A stretch of 64,000 nucleotides of DNA from Nannocystales bacterium. Lineage in GTDB: Bacteria; Myxococcota_A; Polyangia; Nannocystales; Nannocystaceae. The notes under the pieces are model-generated. The model was not told the DNA's origin. It saw only the letters and a program-made list of their open reading frames with translations, and searched no databases. Position numbers and translations under genes: made by a program. The stretch is taken from contig JBOEGF010000018.1 of the NCBI GenBank assembly GCA_050633305.1, forward strand, positions 416,001 through 480,000, read 5' to 3'. Shown in pieces: positions 49,391 through 58,879 of this stretch; the stretch's first letter is position 1; every line of letters starts with the position of its first letter.

Positions 49391-50710
49391 ATGACCGACG
49401 AACGCAAGATCCCGCGCGGGCGCCTTAGCCGCGTAGCCAAGCTCGCTCGAGCAGGGGCGACCTCGGGGCTCGCAATGCTGCGCTCCAAGAGTGCGACCGG
49501 AGCGGCGGACAAAGTCGCCGGCATGCTGGGGGAGATGCGGGGGGTCGCCACGAAAGTCGGCCAAATGGCCAGCTATGTCGATGGGCTCATCCCGCCGGAA
49601 CACGCCGAGGCGTTCGAACGCAGCATGTCGAAACTGCGAGCGGGTGCCCCCAGAAGCTCGGCCTCCGACATCCGCCGCACGTTGACCGAGGACCTCGGCG
49701 CGCCGCCCGAGGACCTGTTCTCGTCGTGGGAAGACGTTCCGATTGCCAGCGCATCGATCGGGCAAGTTCACCGTGCAACCTTGCTCGACGGTCGAGCGGT
49801 GGCGGTCAAGGTTCAGCATCCTGGAATCGCCGAGGCGATGGAGGCGGACATGCGCAACGCAAGCCTCATGGACTTTGGCTCACGAGCGTTCGGGTTCGGG
49901 AAGTTCGAGGTCGGTCGCTTGGTCGACGAAGCGAAGGCGCGGTTTCGGGAGGAACTCGACTACGGCCTCGAGCGTGCGCGGTACGAACGATTTGCGACGC
50001 TCCACGCCTCCGACCCCAAGGTCGTCATTCCCGAGGTGATCTCGGAGCGCTGTTCCTCGCGAGTCCTGACCACCGCGTTTGTCGAGGGCATCGACTTCGA
50101 CCGAGCCTGCGAGGCCTCCGAGTCGGACCGCCGCGCCTGGGCGCAGACGCAGTGGCGGTTCGTCTACGGCTCGATCATGCTCGGCGGCATCTTCAACGCG
50201 GACCCGCATCCTGGCAACTATCGGTTCTTGCCCGACGGTGCGGTCGGCTTCCTCGACTTCGGGTGTGTCCAGGAGATCAACAACTACAACCGAAGGCGGA
50301 TCGTTGCCGGACACGTGTCCTTGGCCGAGGGGAGCTTCGACGGATTCGAGGTCGCGATGGCCGAGATGCTCGCCGCCCAAGATGGCACCCACCGTCGCGA
50401 GATGGCGAGCTACATGCGACATGCTGTCTCACCGCTGCTCGAGTCTCCGTTTCGGATCACCCGGGAGTTTGCCGGCGAGGTGGTCCGGCGGTTCCGGTCG
50501 ATGGCGAAGTCCATGATCAGCTTGTCGGGCTCGGACTACGCGGCGATGCCCGAGGGGATCCTCTTCCTCAACCGACTTCAGTTTGGCTTTTATTCGGTCC
50601 TGGCCAGACTCGACGTGCAAGCCGACTACGCCGCCGTGGAGCGGTCGTTCTTGGACGAGGCGCAGGACGCAGTGCGCGACCTGCCGGACTCCAAAGCACG
50701 ACGGGGGTAA
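49391..50710 (+). CDS. ABC1/UbiB (AarF) family atypical kinase
   Basis: KVGQ, ASASIGQVH, VAVKVQHPG, EELDY..E, NADPHPGN, LDFG. Confidence 0.93.
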   Translation: MTDERKIPRGRLSRVAKLARAGATSGLAMLRSKSATGAADKVAGMLGEMRGVATKVGQMASYVDGLIPPEHAEAFERSMSKLRAGAPRSSASDIRRTLTEDLGAPPEDLFSSWEDVPIASASIGQVHRATLLDGRAVAVKVQHPGIAEAMEADMRNASLMDFGSRAFGFGKFEVGRLVDEAKARFREELDYGLERARYERFATLHASDPKVVIPEVISERCSSRVLTTAFVEGIDFDRACEASESDRRAWAQTQWRFVYGSIMLGGIFNADPHPGNYRFLPDGAVGFLDFGCVQEINNYNRRRIVAGHVSLAEGSFDGFEVAMAEMLAAQDGTHRREMASYMRHAVSPLLESPFRITREFAGEVVRRFRSMAKSMISLSGSDYAAMPEGILFLNRLQFGFYSVLARLDVQADYAAVERSFLDEAQDAVRDLPDSKARRG

Positions 50711-50947
50711 CCCCTCGGTTTGCGGCCCAGATCACGCGAAGCGTCCCCGCGGTCGGCTCGGCATGCAACCTTTTGGCTGCTGCGGCGACTCTCTACGTGA
50801 TGGCTCCTGTGGCTCTGTGCGCTCCCTTCCGGCACGACAAAGGTGTCGCGGTGTTGCCCTGTGAACACACTGTTCGCACTGCAAACGCGACGAAAACGGA
50901 CCGCTTGCCGTTGCATCGTTTCCTCCAGCAGGGACGTCGAACCTGAC

Positions 50948-51376
50948 ATGCGTACCCAGCCACCAATCGAGGCCGAGGAGAGCCAAGTGGGCATGCAGTG
51001 CTCTCGTTCCGCAGTTCTTCACCAGCGCCTGGGTGCGGCTGTCACCGACGATCACGCTCGTGTCGACCTGTACGCGTCGCTGATGTTGGGCACCGTCTAC
51101 GTGGACTCGATGGAGATCCTCCTCACCGAGGACGGACCCAAAGTCGAGTTCGAGTCCGTGTCGACGACGCACGGACCGGCGATCGTCGCCTACTCGTCGC
51201 GGAGGCGCCGGGGCGAGCTGAGCCGCGAACAACTCGAAGGGGTCTCGTTCGAGTACCTCGTCCACGCGCTCCCCGAAGGCGTTGGGGTTGTTGTCGACCC
51301 TCAGCATGAGTGCCTCCTGATCGATGGCGACGACATCCAGACGCTCCGTGAGGCGGGGCCTGTGATGGAGCATTAG
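50948..51376 (+). CDS. SseB-like hypothetical protein
   Basis: 'LY..L....VYV', 'G.AIVAYSS', 'GVVVDP' pattern; start uncertain. Confidence 0.55.
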   Translation: MRTQPPIEAEESQVGMQCSRSAVLHQRLGAAVTDDHARVDLYASLMLGTVYVDSMEILLTEDGPKVEFESVSTTHGPAIVAYSSRRRRGELSREQLEGVSFEYLVHALPEGVGVVVDPQHECLLIDGDDIQTLREAGPVMEH

Positions 51377-51381
51377 TTTGA

Positions 51382-51460
51382 GAGGGGCCTTTCGGAAAGG
51401 CCCCTCGCTGCGGCAGCGGAGCTGCCTTCACTCACCCGAAACGGGCGGCGGGAGCCGCCT
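51382..51460. repeat. Third, diverged copy of the four-hairpin REP-like element
   Basis: gaggggcctttcggaaaggcccctcgctgcggcagcggagctgcc...cccgaaacgggcggcgggagccgcc. Confidence 0.85.
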
Positions 51461-51499
51461 TGGTGGGCGCGGAGGCTGGCGGTAGCTGTTGGTTGGGAC

Positions 51500-51605
51500 G
51501 GAGGTCGGAGGACGTCGAGACGGAGCGGCGGTGGCCGCCTTGGTTGGCGCGGAGGTCGGAGGACGTCGAGACGTGAGGCGGTGGCTGCCTTTGTTGGTGC
51601 GGAGA
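51500..51605. repeat. Imperfect 51-nt tandem repeat
   Basis: ggaggtcggaggacgtcgagacg at 51500 and 51551, each followed by ggcggtggc(c/t)gcctt. Confidence 0.8.
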
Positions 51606-51615
51606 GCGCGGACGC

Positions 51616-52863
51616 TTAGGCGTCGGTGGGGGCGGCGAAGGCTCGGGAGCGGAGCGTCGGGACGAGTTCCATGGCGCGCAGGAGGAGCTGGCGTTCGTCG
51701 TCGCTGACTTGGGCGTCGGCGAGTGCGACTCGGAACAGCTCGTCCAAAATGGTCTGACGCATCTCGCGAAGTTGTTGAAACTCCTCGAAGTCGACGACGC
51801 GGTCCTCCTCGATGCGTTCGATGAGGTCGTTGAACGTGTGCAGCTGGGTGTCGAAGCGCCGCAGAAGCGCGCGCTCGTCCGTCGTGACCTCGCCGTCGGC
51901 CAGCGCGATGGCCCGCATTCGTTGCATGACCTCGTCGCGACCCGGAGGCTCGCTCGATGTCGCCGCGACGACGGCCCGGGCCGACCCGTCGGCGGTGAGC
52001 ATGGCCAACACGAGACGGCGGACGAGTAGGGTGCGGGCGCCCAAGGGATCGAGATGGTGCAGCGCGTCGAGGAGGTCGCGAACCTCGAGCTCGAGCGTCG
52101 CTCGTAGTGCGCGGCCGATCTGGCGCAAGTTGAGCTTGACGACCTGCGCTGGGATCGCGAACCGCTGGGTCACGAGTTCGACGGCTCGTTCGTCCCCTTC
52201 GCCACTGAGGAACGGCGCCAACTCTGAGGCAAGCCCGACGACGTTCCCCAGCAGACGTCCGACGGCATCGGCAACCTCGGTCTTCCGGGTGCGCCCATCG
52301 TCACTGCAGACGACACAAGCCGCTTCGACCAACGCCTCCTTCCAGACGCCGCGTGAAGCCGCGGCCAAGCCCGGCGTGAGCGCGTCGGCGGCGAACTCTT
52401 CGAGTCGGCGCGCTTGTGCGTACCCGGAGGCGGCGTTGCGCAGCCGGGCTTGCGCGGCCGGGCCGTTGATCTCCCAGCCCGGCTGGGTGCGCAAGGTTGC
52501 AACCAGTTCCCGGAACACGCGGCTCATCGGGCCGGAGGCTTGTTCGAACTCCCCCCCGCCGGCGTTGGCGAGTGCATCGAGGTCGGCATCATCGACGTGG
52601 GCGCGGAGTTCTGGCCGGTCGCGCGTGACAGCGAGGACGAGGACAGCAAAGCGAAACAGGGCCTCGTGCGCGCTTGCTTGGACCTGGAAATCCTCCAGTA
52701 GAAAACCGACGATTCCCGCGGCCTCGGTCACGACTCCGGTCGTCGAGAGCGCAACTTCGAGAGCCTCGGACCCGGAGGTGCCATATCCTTCAGCGTAGGG
52801 GGAGGAGCGTGGCGTCTCGAGGTCGATGCCACCGCCGGTGTCGAAGAGTTCTGCGACCTCCAT
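51616..52863 (-). CDS. Helical protein with C-terminal TerB-like motifs
   Basis: IALADGEVTTDERALL and VALADAQVSDDERQLL. Confidence 0.65.
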   Translation of the reverse strand: MEVAELFDTGGGIDLETPRSSPYAEGYGTSGSEALEVALSTTGVVTEAAGIVGFLLEDFQVQASAHEALFRFAVLVLAVTRDRPELRAHVDDADLDALANAGGGEFEQASGPMSRVFRELVATLRTQPGWEINGPAAQARLRNAASGYAQARRLEEFAADALTPGLAAASRGVWKEALVEAACVVCSDDGRTRKTEVADAVGRLLGNVVGLASELAPFLSGEGDERAVELVTQRFAIPAQVVKLNLRQIGRALRATLELEVRDLLDALHHLDPLGARTLLVRRLVLAMLTADGSARAVVAATSSEPPGRDEVMQRMRAIALADGEVTTDERALLRRFDTQLHTFNDLIERIEEDRVVDFEEFQQLREMRQTILDELFRVALADAQVSDDERQLLLRAMELVPTLRSRAFAAPTDA

Positions 52864-52925
52864 CCGTGCATGCTAACAAGGCCACGCGGCCTGTGTTGAG
52901 TCTCCCGACAGCCGCTCTCTTGCCG

Positions 52926-53372
52926 ATGTCTCGCTCCGCAACTCCGAACGACACACTGCGCCTCGGGGACATGGTCTCGGTGACGATCGAAGTGGCGCGC
53001 GGGAGCTTCGTCAAGCGCCGACCCTCGGGCTCCGTCGATTTCGTCTCACCGCTGCCGTGCCCGTACAACTACGGGAGTATCGTCGGGACGTTGGGGGCAG
53101 ATGCCGACCCCCTCGACGCGGTTGTACTGGGTTCCCGACTGCCCTACGGCTTGCAGGTGCGTGTTCGTGTCTTCGGATGCGTCGACTTTGTGGACGGCGG
53201 CGTTTCGGACCCCAAGTGGGTGTGCGGCAACGGCTCCCTGCGCCCCTCAGACCGCGCAGGCGTCGAACGCTTCTTCCGCGTGTACGCGGGCTTCAAGCGG
53301 GTCCTGTACGCGGCCCGCCGCAGCTCGGTCGGCCCCACCGCGTGCTTGGGCTGGGTTCCTCCGCAAAGCTGA
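52926..53372 (+). CDS. ppa: Family I inorganic pyrophosphatase-like (short, divergent)
   Basis: IEV..GS..K, PYNYG, DADPLDAVV, D....DPK. Confidence 0.75.
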   Translation: MSRSATPNDTLRLGDMVSVTIEVARGSFVKRRPSGSVDFVSPLPCPYNYGSIVGTLGADADPLDAVVLGSRLPYGLQVRVRVFGCVDFVDGGVSDPKWVCGNGSLRPSDRAGVERFFRVYAGFKRVLYAARRSSVGPTACLGWVPPQS

Positions 53373-53384
53373 TAGCCTGCGCGC

Positions 53385-54332
53385 GTGCCTCTGGTTCCTC
53401 GATCTCGCGACCTCTCCGCGCTGCTCGTTCGGGCGGTCGCTCGGATCCCGATGGGGTCGATTCAGCTGCCCCCCTCGGCGATCGCTGCGGTGTTCGACTT
53501 GCGCCGACGCTCTGCCGGGTTGAAGCGCAAACAGGTGAACGTCGGCCGGTTCACGCTCCCGTATCTCGAGGGCGGAAACCCCGACGGCCCGACGCTCGTG
53601 CTGATCCATGGGTTCAGTGACAGCAAGGACTCGTTCGTCGATGTGTGCCAGGGGCTCAGCGGCACGTATCGCTTGATCCTGCCCGACGTCCCCGGGTTCG
53701 CGGAGGCATCCTCGCCCCTGGACTTCACCTACGACCTCGCCTCCGTAGCCGAGGTGGTCGCGGGGTTCTTCGACGCCGTGGGGCTCCATGATGTGCACGT
53801 CGTCGGGAGCTCTCTAGGCGGCGCCGTCGCGGTGCAGCTTGCGATGACCCGGCCAGAGCTGTTGCGATCAATGTCGTTGGTCGCGGCGGCTGGTGTCAGG
53901 ATGCCGACGCCCAGTCCGCTGCAGCTTCGGCTCGACGCCGGGGACAACCCCTTCGTCATCGACACTCAGCAGGGCTACGAGGACTTTGTTGGCCTCGTGA
54001 TGGAGAAGCAGCCACCGATCCCTGCGCCGATCCTCCGCCATCTGGCTCAGGAGTTCATGGATCGGGCGAGCCTCAACCAGAAGATCATGGGAGACCTAAT
54101 GAAGGGCGATTGGGACTTCACGCCGCGACTGAGTCAGGTCGAAGTCGAGTCACTGCTGATCTGGGGGGACCACGACCGGTTGATCGACATCTCGGCCGGC
54201 CATGCGTACCACCGAGGGCTGCCCAATTCTCGGCTGGTCATCTTCCATGGGATTGGGCACATCCCGCAGCACGAGTGCCCTGCGCGAACCGGGCTCTACA
54301 TCCATCGGTTCATCGAGTCGCAGGCTGGCTGA
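53385..54332 (+). CDS. Alpha/beta hydrolase (lipase-like)
   Basis: LIHGF, GSSLGG, WGDHD, GHIP. Confidence 0.9.
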   Translation: MPLVPRSRDLSALLVRAVARIPMGSIQLPPSAIAAVFDLRRRSAGLKRKQVNVGRFTLPYLEGGNPDGPTLVLIHGFSDSKDSFVDVCQGLSGTYRLILPDVPGFAEASSPLDFTYDLASVAEVVAGFFDAVGLHDVHVVGSSLGGAVAVQLAMTRPELLRSMSLVAAAGVRMPTPSPLQLRLDAGDNPFVIDTQQGYEDFVGLVMEKQPPIPAPILRHLAQEFMDRASLNQKIMGDLMKGDWDFTPRLSQVEVESLLIWGDHDRLIDISAGHAYHRGLPNSRLVIFHGIGHIPQHECPARTGLYIHRFIESQAG

Positions 54333-54469
54333 GCATCGTCGCTGCACAACGCGCTCGGCGGGCGTTCGCGCAGACGCAACCCCAGTACGCAGGACCGCAA
54401 ACACTGCGCGTTGGAGTCCCCGCCGGGGACCCTAACTTCAGGGGTGGTGGAATCGAGGCAACGCCGACC

Positions 54470-54800
54470 TCGTCGCAGTGTTTGAGGCCTCGGCGAGACC
54501 GGCTTCTTCTGCATCCCCTCGGGCACGCCCTGCATCAACGCTGCATTCGTCCAGCCCGGAGTATGCAGCGTAGGGCAGGTCGGGGTGTCGCCTGACCCGG
54601 TCGAAGGATGTGGGGACGAGGAGCCGTGTTGCACCGACTTCTGCGACCTTGCCGCGGCCGACCCCTGCACCGGTGGAACCATCTGCACTCCCTGGGAGGC
54701 TCCTGCCTTGGGGTTTGCAACCAAGGGGCCTGCCTCAGCCCGGTCTGCGTCCCTCGGCGCGAGCGTTTTTGTCGACCCCCGTCGGGGGCTGCTTGAGGCA
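54470..54800 (+). pseudogene. Degraded remnant of a myxobacterial Cys-rich domain
   Basis: The frame reads *GLGETGFFCIPSGTPCINAAF...GCGDEEPCCTDFCDL...CTPWE with no start. The continuation GACLSP is in another frame. Confidence 0.45.
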
Positions 54801-54827
54801 TCCAAGGTTCGCGCACGTTGAAGGGGG

Positions 54828-55436
54828 GTGGTCGTGAAGCGCTTTCCCTCCCATCTGCTCGCCCTCCTCTCGGTTCTCATGGCTCCGGTACTCGTCGCCG
54901 CCGCCCCACCGCCCGATGCGACGCCGTCGTTCGGCCATCCTGAGCGTGCTCCGAAGCGCGCGACACCCCGGAAGGTTCGAAAGGTCGCGAGGGCGGCGGG
55001 ACGATCCCCGGCCGGGCGGTTCGTTCTCAACAAGCACACCGAGTTGAGCCCTGCTCACGCGAAGCCCGTCGATTGGGCGTTCTTGAAGTTCCTCAACTCG
55101 GTGTACGTCAGTGCGGAGGGCTACGGAAAGACCGGGTACGCGAGCTTCAAAGATGGCAAGGGGACCGCGGCGTTGGTGACGAAGACCAAGCCCGGCGTTG
55201 CTCGGCTTGTATCCTGCGGGATCGCCGTCGAAACGGCCCAGGACATCACGGTCCGCGAGGTCGTCTATGGAGAGGCGGTTGATGCCGGGACGATCCTCGT
55301 GAACAAGCAGCTACAGCCCGGGACGCATTCGATCACGTTTGTCGCGCCCGGGTACACGGCGGACCGCTACCAGTACGTGTTCAACGGAGGGGCGAACTGG
55401 AATCTTCTGTACTGCGACGTGTACTCGGCAGACTGA
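54828..55436 (+). CDS. Hypothetical secreted protein
   Basis: GAAGGGGG RBS, signal peptide, beta-rich C-terminal domain. Confidence 0.7.
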   Translation: MVVKRFPSHLLALLSVLMAPVLVAAAPPPDATPSFGHPERAPKRATPRKVRKVARAAGRSPAGRFVLNKHTELSPAHAKPVDWAFLKFLNSVYVSAEGYGKTGYASFKDGKGTAALVTKTKPGVARLVSCGIAVETAQDITVREVVYGEAVDAGTILVNKQLQPGTHSITFVAPGYTADRYQYVFNGGANWNLLYCDVYSAD

Positions 55437-55475
55437 GCGCCCCGCATGAGCGAGGGGCGTGTGCCGTTCGAGGCC

Positions 55476-56048
55476 TCACCAGCTGACCTGGTACGACGCG
55501 TAGCCAGCGTCCAAGTCGACCTCCATCACCCGGACGTCGACGTCGACCTGGAGCGCCGTGACGAGGCCGAGTAGGCAACCATGGAGCCCCTCGACGAAAC
55601 ACGGGAACTCATGGTCGGCCGCGGGGAAGTTCGAGAGTTCGACCGCGGTCTGCGACTCGTCGACGTCCGCGCTCAGCTCGCCCACGTCTCGGCAGAGGTG
55701 CTTCCACAGGCGGGCCGTCTGGCGGTAGACGGTTCCGGGGTTCATCCCCAGACGCATCCCGACGTGGCGAAGGAACCCGGAGAGGAGCGGACGGCCGGTC
55801 AGCGCACCCATGGTCCGGCGCCACACCTCGACGTTCCGTTGCGAACCAACCACCGCTCGAATGGCGTCGGAAACCTCCATGTGTTGTTCCATGGATGTCC
55901 AACCCACCGGTATCACGCGACGGTAGTGCGCTTGTGTCTCGTCGGAGATGCGTTCGAGGATCGAGGTGCGTTCGGCCGCGTCGAGTGCCTCGACCTGCTG
56001 CAGCAAGCCATCGCCGAATGCGCTGCGCATCTGCTGTCGTCCCGACAC
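55476..56048 (-). CDS. Myxobacterial DUF2378-like protein
   Basis: About 190 aa, 'GW.....H', 'P....R.....W', 'G.L.G', C-terminal 'Y.VSW'. Confidence 0.65.
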   Translation of the reverse strand: MSGRQQMRSAFGDGLLQQVEALDAAERTSILERISDETQAHYRRVIPVGWTSMEQHMEVSDAIRAVVGSQRNVEVWRRTMGALTGRPLLSGFLRHVGMRLGMNPGTVYRQTARLWKHLCRDVGELSADVDESQTAVELSNFPAADHEFPCFVEGLHGCLLGLVTALQVDVDVRVMEVDLDAGYASYQVSW

Positions 56049-56368
56049 GGCAGGGGACGATAGCAGCTTCGCTGATGCGGCACCGACTCGCGGCGAGGAG
56101 TCGCCACACGCGAGTTGCCCGAGAGACAGGTCTTACCCGATGCCGTCGTCACGCCACGGGTTCTCGTACGGGGGAGTCCATCTGGGCTCAGGGGCGGGCG
56201 AGCGAGAGCGCTCGCCAGGGCTTCCGCGCCAGCGCTGCTCGGCTGCCGTCGGCGCCCGTCGAGGCGCGCAGAGATGCTCTCACAGGGGCGCTCATGAGGC
56301 GGGCGCATGGCTTCATGCGTCGAACCCATTTTTCGCGGGGGCCTGCGCGGATCATGGTGTCGATCATC

Positions 56369-57442
56369 ATGAAGACGCTCAGTATGCGATTCGGCCGTGC
56401 GTTCACCCTTGTCCTTGGACTCGGTGGAACACTGGCTGCCTGCGGTGACGATGCGAACGAGGATGGGGAGTCCGGCTCCATGGAGGCCTCGAGCAGCACA
56501 GCGGGTACGACACTCGGGACCACGGGATCGGGGGATGCTTCGGGCGGGTCGTCCTCGACCACGGACGACGCCGCCACGACGTCGGGGCTCTCGGAGACGA
56601 CGTCGTCACCGGGATCCGAAAGCACGGGTGGCTCCGATACCGAAGCCGACAGCGCGATCACCGTGTTGGACGGGTTCTCCACGCCTGAGAGTGCGCACTG
56701 GCACGCGGCGAGCGAGACCTGGTTCATCTCGAACATCGCTGGGGAGTCAGGCGCTCCGGATGGTGAAGGTTGGATCACCCGCCTCGATGGCGAGCTCGCC
56801 GTGACCCAGATGCAGTGGTTCGATGGATTGAACTCGCCGGCGGGACTGGTTTCGACTGAGACGACGCTGTTCGTCGCGGATATCGATCGGGTGCTTGCCA
56901 TCGACATCGCGACTGGGGACTTGGATGAACAGTGGACGGTGGAGAGCGCTGGCTTGCTCAACGATCCCGCGCTTCATGCCGACGGATCGGTGTATGTGTC
57001 TGATACGTTCGGGCAGGCGATCTATCGCCTGGAGTCTGGGACGGCGCCACAGCTGGTCCTCCAAGACCCCCAACTGGGCGGTCCCAACGGGCTGAATGTC
57101 ACGGGTGATGTGCTCACCATCGTGTCGACCGGGTCGTTCACGGACTTCGAAGAAGAGGCTTCAGCGTTTCGCTTGGACCTCGTGACGGATGGACTGACCG
57201 AGCTACCGGAAGTCCGCGGAAAGTTCGATGGCATCGAGCCCGACGGTGACGGCTACCTGCTCACCGACTTCCGTGGCTCGCTGCTGCGACTCGACGCATC
57301 CGAGCAGCTCCACGTGATTCGCGACTTCGTCGGCGAGGGGTTGGTCAGCAGTACGGCCGACCTTGGGTTTGACGCCGAACGTGGCCGCGTCGGCATCCCG
57401 GACCTACTGGGCGACCGCGTTCTGTTCTACGACATGGACTGA
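56369..57442 (+). CDS. SMP-30/gluconolactonase-like beta-propeller lipoprotein
   Basis: Lipobox LAAC, S/T linker, TPESA, GLNSPAG, LNDP...DG.VYVSD, PNGL, DGIE. Confidence 0.85.
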   Translation: MKTLSMRFGRAFTLVLGLGGTLAACGDDANEDGESGSMEASSSTAGTTLGTTGSGDASGGSSSTTDDAATTSGLSETTSSPGSESTGGSDTEADSAITVLDGFSTPESAHWHAASETWFISNIAGESGAPDGEGWITRLDGELAVTQMQWFDGLNSPAGLVSTETTLFVADIDRVLAIDIATGDLDEQWTVESAGLLNDPALHADGSVYVSDTFGQAIYRLESGTAPQLVLQDPQLGGPNGLNVTGDVLTIVSTGSFTDFEEEASAFRLDLVTDGLTELPEVRGKFDGIEPDGDGYLLTDFRGSLLRLDASEQLHVIRDFVGEGLVSSTADLGFDAERGRVGIPDLLGDRVLFYDMD

Positions 57443-58350
57443 GGTTCGAGGCACCGGCCGACGATGTCGCGTATCCATTGCTGCGCGGCATCGTCGTGGT
57501 TGCGCACGTGCCACGTCATCATCACGTCGACGGGGTCAACCTCCACGGGCGCGGGCAACTGGCGAAGCCCCAGGCCATGGACCAGACGCTCGTCCACACT
57601 GCTACGGACGGCGGTCAGCACGAGGTCTGAGCGACCCACGATGACGGGCGCAGCGACAAACCAGGGCACGCGCAGGGCGACCTTGCGCGAGAGACCGCGG
57701 CTGTCGAGCCAGGCATCCACGCTCGAGGTTCCGCTTCCGGCGGGCGAGACAAGGATGTGTTCCGCCGCGACGTATTGCTCCAACGTGAGTTCCTCGTCGA
57801 TGGCCGGATGCCCCTGCCGGACCACGCAGACGAAGCCTTCGGTGAACAGGAACTCCTGGCGCGCCGCCTCGTAGGAGATCCGCGGCCCGATGAGAAGGTC
57901 GATGTCGGGGTCGTCCACGAACGCCGCGCTGCGCTTCCACTCCAGGGGCCGAAGAACCAGTTCGACGTCGGGTGCCTCCTCTTGCACCGCATGCACCAAC
58001 CGGGTCGCGAGCTGGACCGCGATGAAGTCCGCGGTGGCGATCCGGAACTTCCGAGTCGAGGTCTTCGGATCGAACGGTGGGTTGGGCTGAATCGAGGCCT
58101 GCAACGCCTCGAGGGCGCGTTTGAGCGGATCGCCAATTCGCTGCGCGCGAAGCGTCGGCTCCATCCCGCCCGGCCCCCGCTCGAGCAGCGGGTCATCGAG
58201 CAATCCGCGCAGCGTCGCCAGGTTGTGGCTCATGGCCGACTGGCTGATGCCGACTTGGCGCGCGGCTCGGGTCACGTTCTGCTCGCTGAGAAGAGCGTCC
58301 AGTGCGATCAGCAGGTTCACGTTGATCGACGAGAGCTCGAGGGCGGCCAT
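57427..58350 (-). CDS. LysR family transcriptional regulator
   Basis: NLL.AL..LL.E.NVTRAA...SQSAMS..L..LR..L.DPL; FDP.TS.R.F. Confidence 0.95.
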   Translation of the reverse strand: MAALELSSINVNLLIALDALLSEQNVTRAARQVGISQSAMSHNLATLRGLLDDPLLERGPGGMEPTLRAQRIGDPLKRALEALQASIQPNPPFDPKTSTRKFRIATADFIAVQLATRLVHAVQEEAPDVELVLRPLEWKRSAAFVDDPDIDLLIGPRISYEAARQEFLFTEGFVCVVRQGHPAIDEELTLEQYVAAEHILVSPAGSGTSSVDAWLDSRGLSRKVALRVPWFVAAPVIVGRSDLVLTAVRSSVDERLVHGLGLRQLPAPVEVDPVDVMMTWHVRNHDDAAQQWIRDIVGRCLEPQSMS

Positions 58351-58442
58351 CAGCGGAAGCTTGGCAGGTACCGCTCCGCAGGGACAGGGTGCGCGGCCGC
58401 CGGAAACAATTGGCAAGCCCGGCGAAACCCCGCGGGCTCGGT

Positions 58443-58472
58443 TTGACTCCAAGAGTGTATATATGTATACAC
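58443..58472 (+). promoter_or_regulatory. Promoter (TTGACT-17 nt-TATACA) overlapped by a YtrA-type operator palindrome
   Basis: GTGTATA-TATG-TATACAC at 58455-58472, an AT-rich island just upstream of the GntR gene. Confidence 0.8.
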
Positions 58473-58480
58473 ACCAGCAC

Positions 58481-58879
58481 ATGCCGGGGCTGCAGATCTC
58501 GCTGAGCGAAGCATCTGGTGTGCCGTTCTATCGGCAGATCGTCGACCAAGTCGCGGGACTCGTCCGCACCGGACAGCTCCCTGCAGGCGAGCAGTTACCC
58601 TCGTTTCGCGACCTGGCGGGAGACCTCACGGTTTCGCTGATCACGGTCCGACGGGCCTACGCGGAACTCCAGACCGCGGGGCTGGTCGTGCGCAAGCAGG
58701 GCCAGGGGACGTTTGTCGCGCCGTCGGTGCGCAAGGCGTCCAAGGCCGACATCAAGAAGCGAGCGCGACAAGCGATCGCGAACGGGCTTCGTGAGGCACG
58801 CCAGCTGGGCGTTGCCGTATCTGAAATCGCAGTGCTGACCGAGGCGCTGCTGGCCGAGTTGGAGCAAGACAATGACTGA
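58481..58879 (+). CDS. GntR family regulator, YtrA subfamily
   Basis: P.YRQI...G.QLPS.RDLA..L.VS..TVRRAY..L...G...QGQGTFV; short C-terminal domain. Confidence 0.93.
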   Translation: MPGLQISLSEASGVPFYRQIVDQVAGLVRTGQLPAGEQLPSFRDLAGDLTVSLITVRRAYAELQTAGLVVRKQGQGTFVAPSVRKASKADIKKRARQAIANGLREARQLGVAVSEIAVLTEALLAELEQDND

